Source: Candidatus Saccharimonadales bacterium
Lineage (GTDB): Bacteria > Patescibacteriota > Saccharimonadia > Saccharimonadales > JBGSXW01
Assembly (NCBI GenBank): GCA_041751215.1
Contig: JBGSXW010000005.1
Location: 3,664 to 67,663 of the forward strand
Direction of reading: 5' to 3'
DNA length: 64,000 nt
Each line of letters opens with the position of its first letter. The first letter of the stretch is position 1. This document shows, in pieces, positions 44,196 to 53,692 of this stretch. A program made the position numbers and the translations under genes. The notes beneath the pieces are model-generated. The model was not told the origin of the DNA. It saw nothing but the letters and a program-made list of their open reading frames with translations, and made no database searches.

Positions 44196-46326
44196 ATTGA
44201 TCGACGCTTGAAATCAAGACGTCGCGTGGTCTTGCGCCATCGGCCTGGCCAACGATTCCTTGTTCTTCCATGGTTTCTATCAAGCGCGCGGCTCTGGCAT
44301 AGCCAACTCTTAGTCGGCGTTGCAGAAGCGACGCAGAGGCTTTGCCGCTCTCTACAACCACCTTTACGGCTTCTTGGTAGAGACTGTCGTCAGCTGAGTC
44401 CATGCTGCCACTCATGCCGCCCTTGGCTAACTGAACTGGTTGAGCAGTAACTTCATCGTCATACTCTGGAGCTCGCTCGTCACGGAGGAAGTCTGCAACC
44501 GAACCAACCTCTTTGTCGTCTACTAATGCGCCTTGGATACGACGAGGTTTAGCGATGTCTGGCGTGGTGTAGAGCATGTCTCCTTGGCCTAATAGCTTTT
44601 CGGCGCCCATCCCATCTAAGATGGTGCGTGAATCAACCTGGCTGGTGACAGTAAAGGCAATACGAGCTGGAACGTTAGCCTTGATTAGGCCGGTAATAAC
44701 GTCTACGGATGGACGCTGAGTGGCTAACACCAAGTGAATTCCAACTGCTCGAGCTTTTTGCGCTAAGCGTACAATCAGAGCCTCGACGTCTCGGGCCGCG
44801 AGCATCATCAAGTCGGCCAACTCATCAATTACGATCACGATGTAAGGCATGCCCTCTTCTTTTTTAAGCTCGTTGTATTCAGCAATGTTGCGCTTTTTAG
44901 CTTCAGACAAAGCATGATAGCGACGATCCATCTCCGCCACCGCCCATTTGAGCGCTGAGATACACTTTTCTGGATCGGTAATAACTGGGGTGAGCAGGTG
45001 TGGAATCTCGTTGTACGGCGTAAGTTCAACGTGCTTTGGATCAACCATAATTAGCTTCATATCGGCCGGTGAATTGCGATAAAGCAAGCTAAGCAAGAAG
45101 CTGTTGATCATGACTGATTTACCAGAACCCGTAGCTCCAGCGATCAACAAGTGAGGCATTTTAGTTAAGTCCGCCACCACAGGTTGGCCAGAAATATCTT
45201 TACCGACAACAAAAGCTAATTGAGTCTTAAGGCCAGTCCAGTCGTTAGACTTAAAGATGTCATGCAAGCGAACTGTTGCCGCCTTTTGGTTAGGTACTTC
45301 GATACCAACTGCGCGCTTACCCGGAATTGGAGCCTCAATACGAATGGAGTGAGCTGCTAGGTTTAAGGCCAAGTTGTTCTCTAGAGCCGTAATCTTTGTT
45401 AGGCGCACGCCACTAGGTGGAGTAAGTGTAAACTGAGTCACTCGCGGACCAACATTTGCGCCCTGCATCTCGACATTAATACCAAAGTCCTCAAGGGTTT
45501 CTTTGATGATTTTGGCGTTACCTTCGATGTCTCCAGCGTCAGCAGTATCTTGTTTCTTGTTTAGTAAGTCCAGTCCCGGAAACTTCCAATTAGGGTCGCT
45601 GGTAGTAACTAGCGCCACTCCGGACTCGCTTTCCATCGCCCGCTCGGCTGTGTCTTTAAGAGATCGCAAGCCGCGCGATCGCTGAACCGGTACGCCCTCG
45701 TTTAGAGTAAACTCTGGTTTTTTCTCTTCTTCCTGCTCGGATTCGTCCTCTTCTTCGCCCTCGGCCCGTTCTCGGCGCATGATGCCAACCGCGCGCATGA
45801 AAGTAGTTAGCGGAATGCTAAGTACGTAGTGCAAAGAAATTACGATCGCAACTATCAATAAGAGTCCGGCCGTAAAGGTATTAAGGATTGTTAATAGACC
45901 GCTAGCTGCGACGTGTCCGGCAATTCCGCCGCCCTGCCCGTTATCTACCGCTGCCAGCGACTCGGCGCTATCTATAAATAAGTGCAAAAATCCGCAAACC
46001 GAAGCCAAGAAAACAAACAACCCAATCATGGTTGAGCGTGGCAGCCGAGTAGTTTCTGAGCGCAATCTAACTACCGCTACAAAAACTAGAACCAGAGGTA
46101 AAACAAACGAGAACGAACCAGACGCAAACCGCGCCCAATCGTGAAGTTTAAGTGCTAAAGGGCCGCCAGTGTTTAAGCTACCGATGAACATCAATGCCGC
46201 AACTAAAATCAGAATCAGGGAAAAGGCCTGACTCCAAAAGTTCTCGGGCAAGCTAGAAGCTGCTGCCTTGCTCTTTGCCCCTTTTTTGCTAGTTGTTTTC
46301 TTGCTTTGTTTACGTTTCTTGGCCAT
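44152..46326 (-). CDS. ftsK: DNA translocase FtsK/SpoIIIE
   Basis: N-terminal TM block; Walker A GATGSGKS; Walker B VIVIDELADL; C-terminal gamma (winged-helix) domain. ATG at 46326 (MAKKRKQ) preferred over 46380. Confidence 0.9.
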   Translation of the reverse strand: MAKKRKQSKKTTSKKGAKSKAAASSLPENFWSQAFSLILILVAALMFIGSLNTGGPLALKLHDWARFASGSFSFVLPLVLVFVAVVRLRSETTRLPRSTMIGLFVFLASVCGFLHLFIDSAESLAAVDNGQGGGIAGHVAASGLLTILNTFTAGLLLIVAIVISLHYVLSIPLTTFMRAVGIMRRERAEGEEEDESEQEEEKKPEFTLNEGVPVQRSRGLRSLKDTAERAMESESGVALVTTSDPNWKFPGLDLLNKKQDTADAGDIEGNAKIIKETLEDFGINVEMQGANVGPRVTQFTLTPPSGVRLTKITALENNLALNLAAHSIRIEAPIPGKRAVGIEVPNQKAATVRLHDIFKSNDWTGLKTQLAFVVGKDISGQPVVADLTKMPHLLIAGATGSGKSVMINSFLLSLLYRNSPADMKLIMVDPKHVELTPYNEIPHLLTPVITDPEKCISALKWAVAEMDRRYHALSEAKKRNIAEYNELKKEEGMPYIVIVIDELADLMMLAARDVEALIVRLAQKARAVGIHLVLATQRPSVDVITGLIKANVPARIAFTVTSQVDSRTILDGMGAEKLLGQGDMLYTTPDIAKPRRIQGALVDDKEVGSVADFLRDERAPEYDDEVTAQPVQLAKGGMSGSMDSADDSLYQEAVKVVVESGKASASLLQRRLRVGYARAARLIETMEEQGIVGQADGARPRDVLISSVDQFADDSSDDDQPLDA

Positions 46327-46399
46327 CCGTAACAGTATAGCGCTAGAGACTAGATGTAGAAAGTCGAAAGATTGTGACAATAACTGGTATCCTCACAGT

Positions 46400-47173
46400 A
46401 TGAAAATAGAGTTCACAAAAATGAACGGGCTGAAAAACGACTTTGTGGTTATTAAGGGACCTCAGTCGCTCGATACCGATCAAATTCAGCAACTATGCGA
46501 TCGAAAGTCTGGCATTGGCGCTGATGGCTTGTTAATTGTTACGCCGGTGGACGACTCGCACGTGCAAATGAAGTACTACAACGCAGACGGATCGGTGGCG
46601 GAAATGTGCGGCAATGGGCTGCGCTGTGTCGCGCGCTTTGCAGTTGAGAATAAACTTGTTAAGTCTGGTGACTTTATCGTGAATACCGATGCTGGTCCAC
46701 TAAGAGTTACTTGCAACGAATCAGACTTCAAACAGATTGAAGTACAGGTCGGAAGGCTGGTTATTGAAGCTGGATCGCTTAATTTACTCGGCTTTGATTT
46801 CATTCAAGTTAACGTAGGTAATCCGCACGTCGTAGTGTTTGTTGACGATGTGTCCACTGCCCCGGTCAAAGAAATCGGACCAAAAGTTGAAGTAGATAAA
46901 CACTTCCCAAACAAAACTAATGTCGAGTTCGTAGAATCAATTAGCGAACATGAAATTAGGATGAGAGTTTGGGAGAGGGGCGTTGGTGAAACTCAAGCTT
47001 GCGCGACTGGAATGGTTGTGGCGGCAGGAGCTGCAGTGAAGTCTAAAAAAGCGAGCTACCCTGTTAGGGTTACGGTGCCCGGCGGTTCTGCGAAGGTTTG
47101 GCTCGATGATGACAGTTTTGTCAGAATGATCGGCCCAGCAGAAATCGAGTTCAAAGATTCTCTAGAGTTCTAG
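46400..47173 (+). CDS. dapF: diaminopimelate epimerase
   Basis: MKIEFTKMNGLKNDFVV; catalytic Cys contexts EMCGNGLRC and TQACATG. ATG at 46400 chosen; the track ORF starts at 46268 inside ftsK. Confidence 0.85.
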   Translation: MKIEFTKMNGLKNDFVVIKGPQSLDTDQIQQLCDRKSGIGADGLLIVTPVDDSHVQMKYYNADGSVAEMCGNGLRCVARFAVENKLVKSGDFIVNTDAGPLRVTCNESDFKQIEVQVGRLVIEAGSLNLLGFDFIQVNVGNPHVVVFVDDVSTAPVKEIGPKVEVDKHFPNKTNVEFVESISEHEIRMRVWERGVGETQACATGMVVAAGAAVKSKKASYPVRVTVPGGSAKVWLDDDSFVRMIGPAEIEFKDSLEF

Positions 47174-47224
47174 ATTCCTGCTTTCGCAGGAATGACCTGC
47201 CTAGCGGCAGGCAGGCTGGAGCCG

Positions 47225-47395
47225 CGCATCAGCTAAAACTCCTGAATTTGTGAGGGAGAAACCCGGCGTAGCGAGGACTGTCCGCCAGTTGGCGGACGGA
47301 CTCCGCAGCTACCCGAGTTTTGACTGAGCAAATTCAAGGATTGTTTTAGCTGCAGCGTGAAAGGTTTTGGGGCACCTTTTTTAAAAAGGTGTCGT
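47225..47395 (-). repeat. element A, copy 2 (subfamily A1)
   Basis: CGCATCAGCTAAAACTCCTGAATTTG.GAGGGAGAAACCCGGCGTAGCGAGGACTGTCCGCCAG..GGCGGACGG matches 6665-6740 almost base for base; palindrome at 47371-47393. Confidence 0.85.
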
Positions 47396-47399
47396 TACG

Positions 47400-49370
47400 T
47401 TAGCCTTGACCGCGAAGCTCGGCTCTCTTAGCCGCCTGCTCATTAAGCTCACCCTTGCTCCCCACGACATTAACAACCGGAATCACGATTGGTGATCGTT
47501 GGGTATGTTCGTAGAGGAAGTAAGTGATGTGATCTTTGAGCTCGGCTTTAAATCGCTCGAGATCCACGCGCTTAAAGCGCTGCAGAACTGTTCGTCTTAG
47601 TTCGGCGCGGAAGGTGTTCATCAGCTCCTCGTTATCACGCATGTAAATAAATCCGCGCGAGATAATATCTGGGCTGGTCATTAGTTGTCCGCTCTTGCGG
47701 TCAACTGTCAGCAGCACTACAACTAAGCCTTCTTCGGCTAGCATCAAACGGTCTTTAACAACTACGCCGGATACCAGCGCACCAGTGTTATCAACTAGCA
47801 TTGTGCCGTGCGGAACAGTGCCGCCAAGGGTAGCTTTTTCTTTTGTTAGCTCAATAACCTCGCCTGGCTCAGCGTTGATGCAGTCTTTTCGGGTCATGCC
47901 GTGGTTGATGGCAATGTCGATGTGTCGCTTCTTAGCATGGTAACTACCGTAAATTGGCACAAAAAACTTTGGTTTGGTCATGTCGATCATTGCGCCGTAT
48001 TCCTCGATAGCCGAGTGGCCAGAAACGTGCAGCGGGCCCATGCCGTCGAGTTCTTGGGTAACGTGCTGAAAGACGTGCACTCCCATTCTCATCAACTTAT
48101 CTACCATACGGGTGATGTGAGCGTCGTTGCCAGTCTCCGGAATTGGAGTAGAGCTGAGGATGACCGTGTCTTGTTCGGCCATCTTGACGTGCCTGTGCTC
48201 ACCGGCTGCCATACGCTGCAGGGCGGCATTTGGTTCGCCCTGTGAGCCAGTACAGACAACTATTAAGTCTTTGCCCTTCATATTGGCTGCAGCAGCAATT
48301 GGTACGAATGTCCCCTTAGGGATCTTGATCATGCCCAAACGTACGGCGGTTTCTAGAGTCGACATCATTGATCGGCCGTCCATGGCAATCTTACGACCAT
48401 GTTTAGCGGCTGAGTTTACAATCATCTGAATGCGGTTAATGTTGGTAGAGAAACAAGCCACAAAAACTCGGCCTTCTGCGCGCGAGATAATCTCGTGAAA
48501 AGCCGGTTCGATGACATGTTCGGTTGGAGTTCGGCCAAGTCTCATGGTGTTTGTACACTCAGAAAGCAAGGCTAATACGCCTTCTCGTCCGAGCTCTTCG
48601 AGTCGGGCAGTGTCGGTTGGCTTTTGGTCTAGCGGATCAGGGTCAATTTTAAAGTCGCCGGTGTTAATAATCGTTCCGACTGGAGTTCTGACCACAATGG
48701 CCGTGCTATCAGGAATTGAGTGCGTTACGCGAACGAATTCGATGCCGAATGATTCACCAATTTGTAATCGTTCGTGATTGTCCTGGTTCATGACAACGGT
48801 TTTAAGCTCAAAGCCATCTACTTGATGGTCGCTGCCCTTAACAATTTGCTCGACCATACCAATGGTAAAGCGCGAGCCATAAACTGGTGCCGGAAACTTA
48901 GGCACGATGTATGGCAGTCCACCGATGTGATCTAGGTGGCCGTGAGTAATTACGTAGGCTTTGATTTTATGCTTAATGCTTTCTAGGTAACTAGTGTCGG
49001 GGATGCCGAAGTTTACTCCTGGCAAATCAACTCCGAGGTCGTTGCCGCAGTCCATGATGATGGCGTCGTTTTGGTACTCGACCACGATCATGTTTTTAGA
49101 GCCGGTGGCATCCATGCCGCCTAGGCCGATTATTTTCAGCCTTGGGCTGTCATCGATCTGATTAGCGCGCCGATGGGTGTTCTTAACCGATGAAGCGTCT
49201 TGATATAGGTTGACTACGCGGTGAGCGTCGTCAGAGTTGCGCCGGCTGGCGCGAATAGCTTGTCCTCGACTCGATCCTCTTGCCCCGCGGGGTTTAGAAG
49301 AAGGTCGATTAGACTTTTGGCCTTGGCCTTGGGGCCTTGGTCTGTTGTTGTTATTTGGTTGGTTTGACAT
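47400..49370 (-). CDS. rnj: ribonuclease J (metallo-beta-lactamase/beta-CASP) with an R/G/N-rich N-terminal extension
   Basis: ITHGHLDHIGG; beta-CASP region; 656 aa. Confidence 0.85.
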   Translation of the reverse strand: MSNQPNNNNRPRPQGQGQKSNRPSSKPRGARGSSRGQAIRASRRNSDDAHRVVNLYQDASSVKNTHRRANQIDDSPRLKIIGLGGMDATGSKNMIVVEYQNDAIIMDCGNDLGVDLPGVNFGIPDTSYLESIKHKIKAYVITHGHLDHIGGLPYIVPKFPAPVYGSRFTIGMVEQIVKGSDHQVDGFELKTVVMNQDNHERLQIGESFGIEFVRVTHSIPDSTAIVVRTPVGTIINTGDFKIDPDPLDQKPTDTARLEELGREGVLALLSECTNTMRLGRTPTEHVIEPAFHEIISRAEGRVFVACFSTNINRIQMIVNSAAKHGRKIAMDGRSMMSTLETAVRLGMIKIPKGTFVPIAAAANMKGKDLIVVCTGSQGEPNAALQRMAAGEHRHVKMAEQDTVILSSTPIPETGNDAHITRMVDKLMRMGVHVFQHVTQELDGMGPLHVSGHSAIEEYGAMIDMTKPKFFVPIYGSYHAKKRHIDIAINHGMTRKDCINAEPGEVIELTKEKATLGGTVPHGTMLVDNTGALVSGVVVKDRLMLAEEGLVVVLLTVDRKSGQLMTSPDIISRGFIYMRDNEELMNTFRAELRRTVLQRFKRVDLERFKAELKDHITYFLYEHTQRSPIVIPVVNVVGSKGELNEQAAKRAELRGQG

Positions 49371-49389
49371 TTAAGTCCTTTCTTAATTT

Positions 49390-50145
49390 CTAGGCTTTTG
49401 CCTTATCTTTTTCTATAAGTTCCAAAATTTTAGGTATACGGGCGAAGTCTTCTAGTAGCACTGTTCTCATTCCCCCGTTGTAGAGTGCTGCGGCCGGGTG
49501 GTACAGGGGCAGGATGACGAACGCCAGCTGGGACTGCTTACTGACTCCGTCAGTAACTCCTCCCAGCTTCGCGGCGATCTGCTGCGTTGACGCCTCCAGT
49601 GCTCCGTCTTCGGATGCTCGATCCGTGTCTGTCCGCGCTTCGGCGTCGCCTTGCAGCTCATCCGCGCGCTCGCCCCCTGGAGTCTTTTCGATATTAAAGC
49701 GCTTCCTCTTTGGCTGCCCATGCGCCTCGCCGATGCGAACATCAGGCAGGAATGCATTGGTCGAGTGGCGCCCGAGCGTGACAATCAAATCTGGTTTAAT
49801 TGCCTCGATCTGGCGCGTTAGAAACGGCATAAACTGAGCTTTTTCCTCTGGCAGAGGGTCTCGGTTAGCCGGAGGTCGATACTTAACAATGTTGGTAATG
49901 TACACGTCTTCTCGATTGAGATTAATGCTTTGCAGCATTTTGTTTAGAAACTTCCCAGCGGCTCCAACAAACGGCTTGCCCTGCTTGTCTTCCTGAGCGC
50001 CAGGAGCCTCGCCGATAAACATAAGTTTAGCATCGAGACTGCCATCGCCCATTACCAGTTGAGTGGCTCCAGCGGCCAGCTCCGAGCAAATGTTTTGATT
50101 TTTAATGTCCTGTTCGATGCGATCTAGCTGCTGTTGCTTGCTCAT
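49390..50145 (-). CDS. family-4 uracil-DNA glycosylase carrying an in-frame element B insert
   Basis: Motif A FIGEAPG; motif B LYHPAAALYN; about 50 extra residues before motif B. Confidence 0.8.
   Translation of the reverse strand: MSKQQQLDRIEQDIKNQNICSELAAGATQLVMGDGSLDAKLMFIGEAPGAQEDKQGKPFVGAAGKFLNKMLQSINLNREDVYITNIVKYRPPANRDPLPEEKAQFMPFLTRQIEAIKPDLIVTLGRHSTNAFLPDVRIGEAHGQPKRKRFNIEKTPGGERADELQGDAEARTDTDRASEDGALEASTQQIAAKLGGVTDGVSKQSQLAFVILPLYHPAAALYNGGMRTVLLEDFARIPKILELIEKDKAKA
49531..49689 (-). repeat. element B, copy ii (in-frame within the UDG gene; boundaries approximate)
   Basis: Coding strand GATGAGCTGCAAGGCGACGCCGAAGCGCGGACA..CGGAT-CGAGC-ATCCG..GGAGCACTGGAGGCGTCAACGCAGCAG. Confidence 0.75.
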
Positions 50146-50208
50146 GGTTGTATCTCGTATTTAGTATCCTGCGGCTAGATACTAAATACTAGCCGCTAGA
50201 TACGACGT

Positions 50209-52323
50209 TTAATCGGCTTGCTTCATCGAAAGCACTAGTCGTCCGCGATCATCAATGGCTACTAGTTTGGCGCGAACCGCCTGGCCTTCTTCAACTAGGT
50301 CGCTTGGGTGTTCGACGCGCTTGTCATCCATTTCAGATACGTGCACAAGGCCTTCTTTGCCTGGCATGATCTCGACAAAGGCACCAAATTCCATGATCTT
50401 AACTACCTTGGCGTCGTAGGTCTTACCAACTTCTGGATCAACTGTTAGGTTGGTAATCCATTCTTTGGCAGCATCTATCGCCTTTTTGTCTGGAGCCGAT
50501 ACCATGACTAATCCACCGTCACGAATATCAATTTCGGCACCGGTTTCATCAATTATCTTGTTGATGGTCTCTCCGCCCTTACCGATGATGTCCCGAACTC
50601 TATCGGGGTTAACCATGATTGATTCAACCTGAGGAGCAAATGGTGAAAGTTCATCTCGTGGCTTAGCGATGGTTTCAATCATGTGCTCAAGAATTTTAGC
50701 GCGACCAGCCTTAGCTTGCTCAATAGCCTGAGCTAAGATGTCGATGCTTAAACCGTGAACCTTCATGTCCATCTGCAAAGCGGTAATTCCTTCGGATGTT
50801 CCGGCTACCTTAAAGTCCATGTCGCCAGCAAAGTCCTCGGCATCGGCAATGTCGCTAAAGACAATTGGGCGATCGCCGTCGAGCATCAAGCCCATCGCAA
50901 TACCAGATACTGGAGCCTTGATCGGCACACCAGCGTCCATTAGAGCCATACAGCTCGAGCAGGTTGCAGCCATGCTTGATGATCCGTGTTGGCTCATAGT
51001 TTCGGTAACGCTGCGAATAGCGTACGGGAAGTCTTCTTCGCTAGGAATAACTGGTAACAAAGCTCGTTCAGCTAAAGCGCTGTGGCCGATTTCGCGCCGA
51101 CCTGGGCTACCCAGACGCTTAATCTCACCGACTGTATAGCCAGGGGCGTTGTAGTGGTGCATATAGCGCTTTTCTTGGTCTTTTTCCATCGTATCGATGA
51201 CCTGGGTGTAGCTTAGTGGTGCTAGGGTTACGATGTTTAGCCCTTGAGTGATTCCTCGGGTAAACAGGCTTGAGCCGTGAGTTCGTGGTAAAACGCCGAC
51301 TTCGCTTGATAGCGGACGAATCTCGTCCATGGCTCGCCCATCAGGACGGACATTTTCTTCAATGATGCCTTTACGAACATCTTTGTTAGCCGCTGCAGCA
51401 AATGCGTCTTCGTAATCGCGTTTCACAGCTTCCCATTCGTCTCCGAGCTTTTCTTCAAAGTGAGCTAGTACGCCTTCGCGCAGTTCATGCATCTTTTCGT
51501 GTCGCTCAGGATAAGGCAAGCGGATGCTTTTACCCATTTTTCCATCAAGCCAAGCATCAACTTCTTTTTGAATGTCTTCGCTAGGCAAAATAAGTTCGTA
51601 TTCCTGCGCTTCTACACCGACCTTTTTTACCAACTCTTCTTGCAGTTCGATAGCTGGACGCATCTGTTCTTGAGCAAATTTTAGTCCGGCAATGACTTGA
51701 TCTTCTGAAACTTCGTTAGCACCAGCTTCAACCATCATGATGGCATCTTTAGTCCCGGCTACAATTAGATCAAGTTTGCCTTGATCGAGCTTTTCCATAG
51801 GCAAGAAAGCCGCTAGTTTGTCGCCGTCTAGGCCAATTCGTAGACCGGCCACCGGTCCATCAAATGGTGCTCCGGTAAGCATAAAGGCAGCACTCAAAGC
51901 GATCATCGCAATCATATCTGGGCGAAACTCTGGGTCCATGCTCAAAACTGTTGCTACGCCTTGAACTTCGTGGCGATAGCCTTTTGGCCACAATGGACGA
52001 ATTGGACGATCGATCAAACGACCGATTAAAATTGCATCCTCTGAAGGACGGCCTTCGCGCTTAATAAAGCGGCTGCCGCTGATTTTTCCAGCTGCGTACA
52101 TCTTCTCTTCGTAATCGATACTTAGAGGAAAGTAATCAAAGCCCTTCATTGTCTTTGGGCTGACCATTGCCGTGCCGAGCACAACCGTGTCGCCGTAACG
52201 CGCTGTAACTGAGGCGGTGGTTCTAAAGCCAAGGCGATTAACCTCTAGGCTTAGCGTTCGACCGCAAAACTCAGTCTCTACTTTAATAATGTCTTTACCG
52301 AATGGGTTAATGGTTTGTCCCAT
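50209..52323 (-). CDS. pnp: polyribonucleotide nucleotidyltransferase (PNPase)
   Basis: Two RNase PH domains + KH + S1. ATG at 52323 preceded by AAGGAG (the track ORF extends to 52347). Confidence 0.9.
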   Translation of the reverse strand: MGQTINPFGKDIIKVETEFCGRTLSLEVNRLGFRTTASVTARYGDTVVLGTAMVSPKTMKGFDYFPLSIDYEEKMYAAGKISGSRFIKREGRPSEDAILIGRLIDRPIRPLWPKGYRHEVQGVATVLSMDPEFRPDMIAMIALSAAFMLTGAPFDGPVAGLRIGLDGDKLAAFLPMEKLDQGKLDLIVAGTKDAIMMVEAGANEVSEDQVIAGLKFAQEQMRPAIELQEELVKKVGVEAQEYELILPSEDIQKEVDAWLDGKMGKSIRLPYPERHEKMHELREGVLAHFEEKLGDEWEAVKRDYEDAFAAAANKDVRKGIIEENVRPDGRAMDEIRPLSSEVGVLPRTHGSSLFTRGITQGLNIVTLAPLSYTQVIDTMEKDQEKRYMHHYNAPGYTVGEIKRLGSPGRREIGHSALAERALLPVIPSEEDFPYAIRSVTETMSQHGSSSMAATCSSCMALMDAGVPIKAPVSGIAMGLMLDGDRPIVFSDIADAEDFAGDMDFKVAGTSEGITALQMDMKVHGLSIDILAQAIEQAKAGRAKILEHMIETIAKPRDELSPFAPQVESIMVNPDRVRDIIGKGGETINKIIDETGAEIDIRDGGLVMVSAPDKKAIDAAKEWITNLTVDPEVGKTYDAKVVKIMEFGAFVEIMPGKEGLVHVSEMDDKRVEHPSDLVEEGQAVRAKLVAIDDRGRLVLSMKQAD

Positions 52324-52509
52324 GGTTCTCCTTTTCTTAAGACCCAAGCACGTCGTGCCTGTGTAACAAAGTCCAAAGCATTCTTACGCTCTCAACTCTG
52401 TCACACACATGTAACACGCGGGGGTCTGTTGATTAATGATGGTACGACGACCTCTAGGTCTGTCTAAAAGCCGTTCCCAGAGTGGCAAAAGCCCGCCTAG
52501 GAATAACTT

Positions 52510-52776
52510 CTATACTCGAATGCCAAACTTTTTAGCAATGTCAGCGTGAGCTTGAGCGTCTTGGCGCTTTAGGTAAGCTAGCAATCGCTTACGTTTACCA
52601 ACTAGCTGCAGCAGGCCGCGGCGTGAATGAAAGTCATGCTTGTGAATCTGAACGTGACCAGTTAATTCCTTGATCCGCTCAGACATAATAGCAATCTGGA
52701 CCTCTGGCGAACCAGTGTCTACTTTGCTCTTTTGGTTATCTACAACCAACTTGGTTTTTTTCTCACTACTAATCAT
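52510..52776 (-). CDS. rpsO: 30S ribosomal protein S15
   Basis: DTGSPEVQIA..S.RI..LT.H...HKHDFHSRRGLL.LVGKRKRLL.YL. The 88-aa form from ATG 52776 matches canonical length; upstream alternative starts exist. Confidence 0.8.
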   Translation of the reverse strand: MISSEKKTKLVVDNQKSKVDTGSPEVQIAIMSERIKELTGHVQIHKHDFHSRRGLLQLVGKRKRLLAYLKRQDAQAHADIAKKFGIRV

Positions 52777-52807
52777 TCGAGTCCGTATATTACCAGATGT
52801 CGTCATC

Positions 52808-53659
52808 TTATTCAAGAGGAATTACTGATGAAATTATTTTCTCGGCATCAGCTTCCGGAGATACCGCTTCATCTACCCTGTAGCTGGCAATGGTAGTTCG
52901 TCTCAGATCTGTTAGGTAGGCGCCGGTGTTTAGCCCCTTACCGATGTCCTCTGCCAAGCTACGAATGTAGGTTCCGCTAGAAACTTTGGTCCTGCATTTA
53001 AGTTTTGGGTACTCATAAGAAACAACTTCAAGCGAATGAATAACAACTGTGCGCGACTTTAACTCAATTGGCTGACCTTTGCGGGCCTGTTTATAGGCTG
53101 GCTGACCGTTTACTTTAATCGCCGAATAGCTGTGTGGGCGTTGCATAATCTCGCCCGTAAATTGCTTAATGACCTCTGTTATTTGCGATTCTGTGGGCGC
53201 CTTGGCATTTGGCCATGGTTCAGGTTCGCCTTCGGCATCACCGGTGACTGTAGTTGCTCCGAGTTGAGCCGTGAAGTCATATGACTTATCAAGCTTTAAA
53301 AGCCTGTCGGCTTGCTTGGTGGCCGATCCAATAAGCAAAATCATCAGTCCAGAAGCTAGAGGATCTAATGTTCCGGCATGCCCAACGCGAAGCTTCCGCA
53401 CCGCGTCGCCCTGTTGTCCGGCTACGCCGGCCATGCCGGCGAGCTTGTGGCGCAGCGCTGTGTCAGCTGGCGTCTGTCGCTCGCTCACCGTGTCATTTAC
53501 ACGACGCGCTCGCTCCTCCTGGCTTCCTTGCGCTGCATCCACATGCGAAAGTCGCGCACTTTCCGCCAGTTGAGCTCTTCGCAGAGTTCCGCGGACCTTC
53601 GCCACTACGTCAAAAGACGACCAGCCTTTTGGTTTATCTACTAGCAAAATGCCGTTCAT
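52808..53659 (-). CDS. truB: tRNA pseudouridine-55 synthase carrying an in-frame element B insert
   Basis: GILLVDKPKGWSSFDVV...VGHAGTLDPLASGL, with about 59 extra residues between the two conserved blocks. Confidence 0.8.
   Translation of the reverse strand: MNGILLVDKPKGWSSFDVVAKVRGTLRRAQLAESARLSHVDAAQGSQEERARRVNDTVSERQTPADTALRHKLAGMAGVAGQQGDAVRKLRVGHAGTLDPLASGLMILLIGSATKQADRLLKLDKSYDFTAQLGATTVTGDAEGEPEPWPNAKAPTESQITEVIKQFTGEIMQRPHSYSAIKVNGQPAYKQARKGQPIELKSRTVVIHSLEVVSYEYPKLKCRTKVSSGTYIRSLAEDIGKGLNTGAYLTDLRRTTIASYRVDEAVSPEADAEKIISSVIPLE
53399..53575 (-). repeat. element B, copy iii (in-frame within truB; boundaries approximate)
   Basis: Coding strand GTGGATGCAGCGCAAGGAAGCCAGGAGGAGCGA..CGTGT-AAATG-ACACG..GACGCCAGCTGACACAGCG. 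Confidence 0.7.
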
Positions 53660-53692
53660 TGCCTAATTGTATAACTTTTTAGAGCTAAGAAC

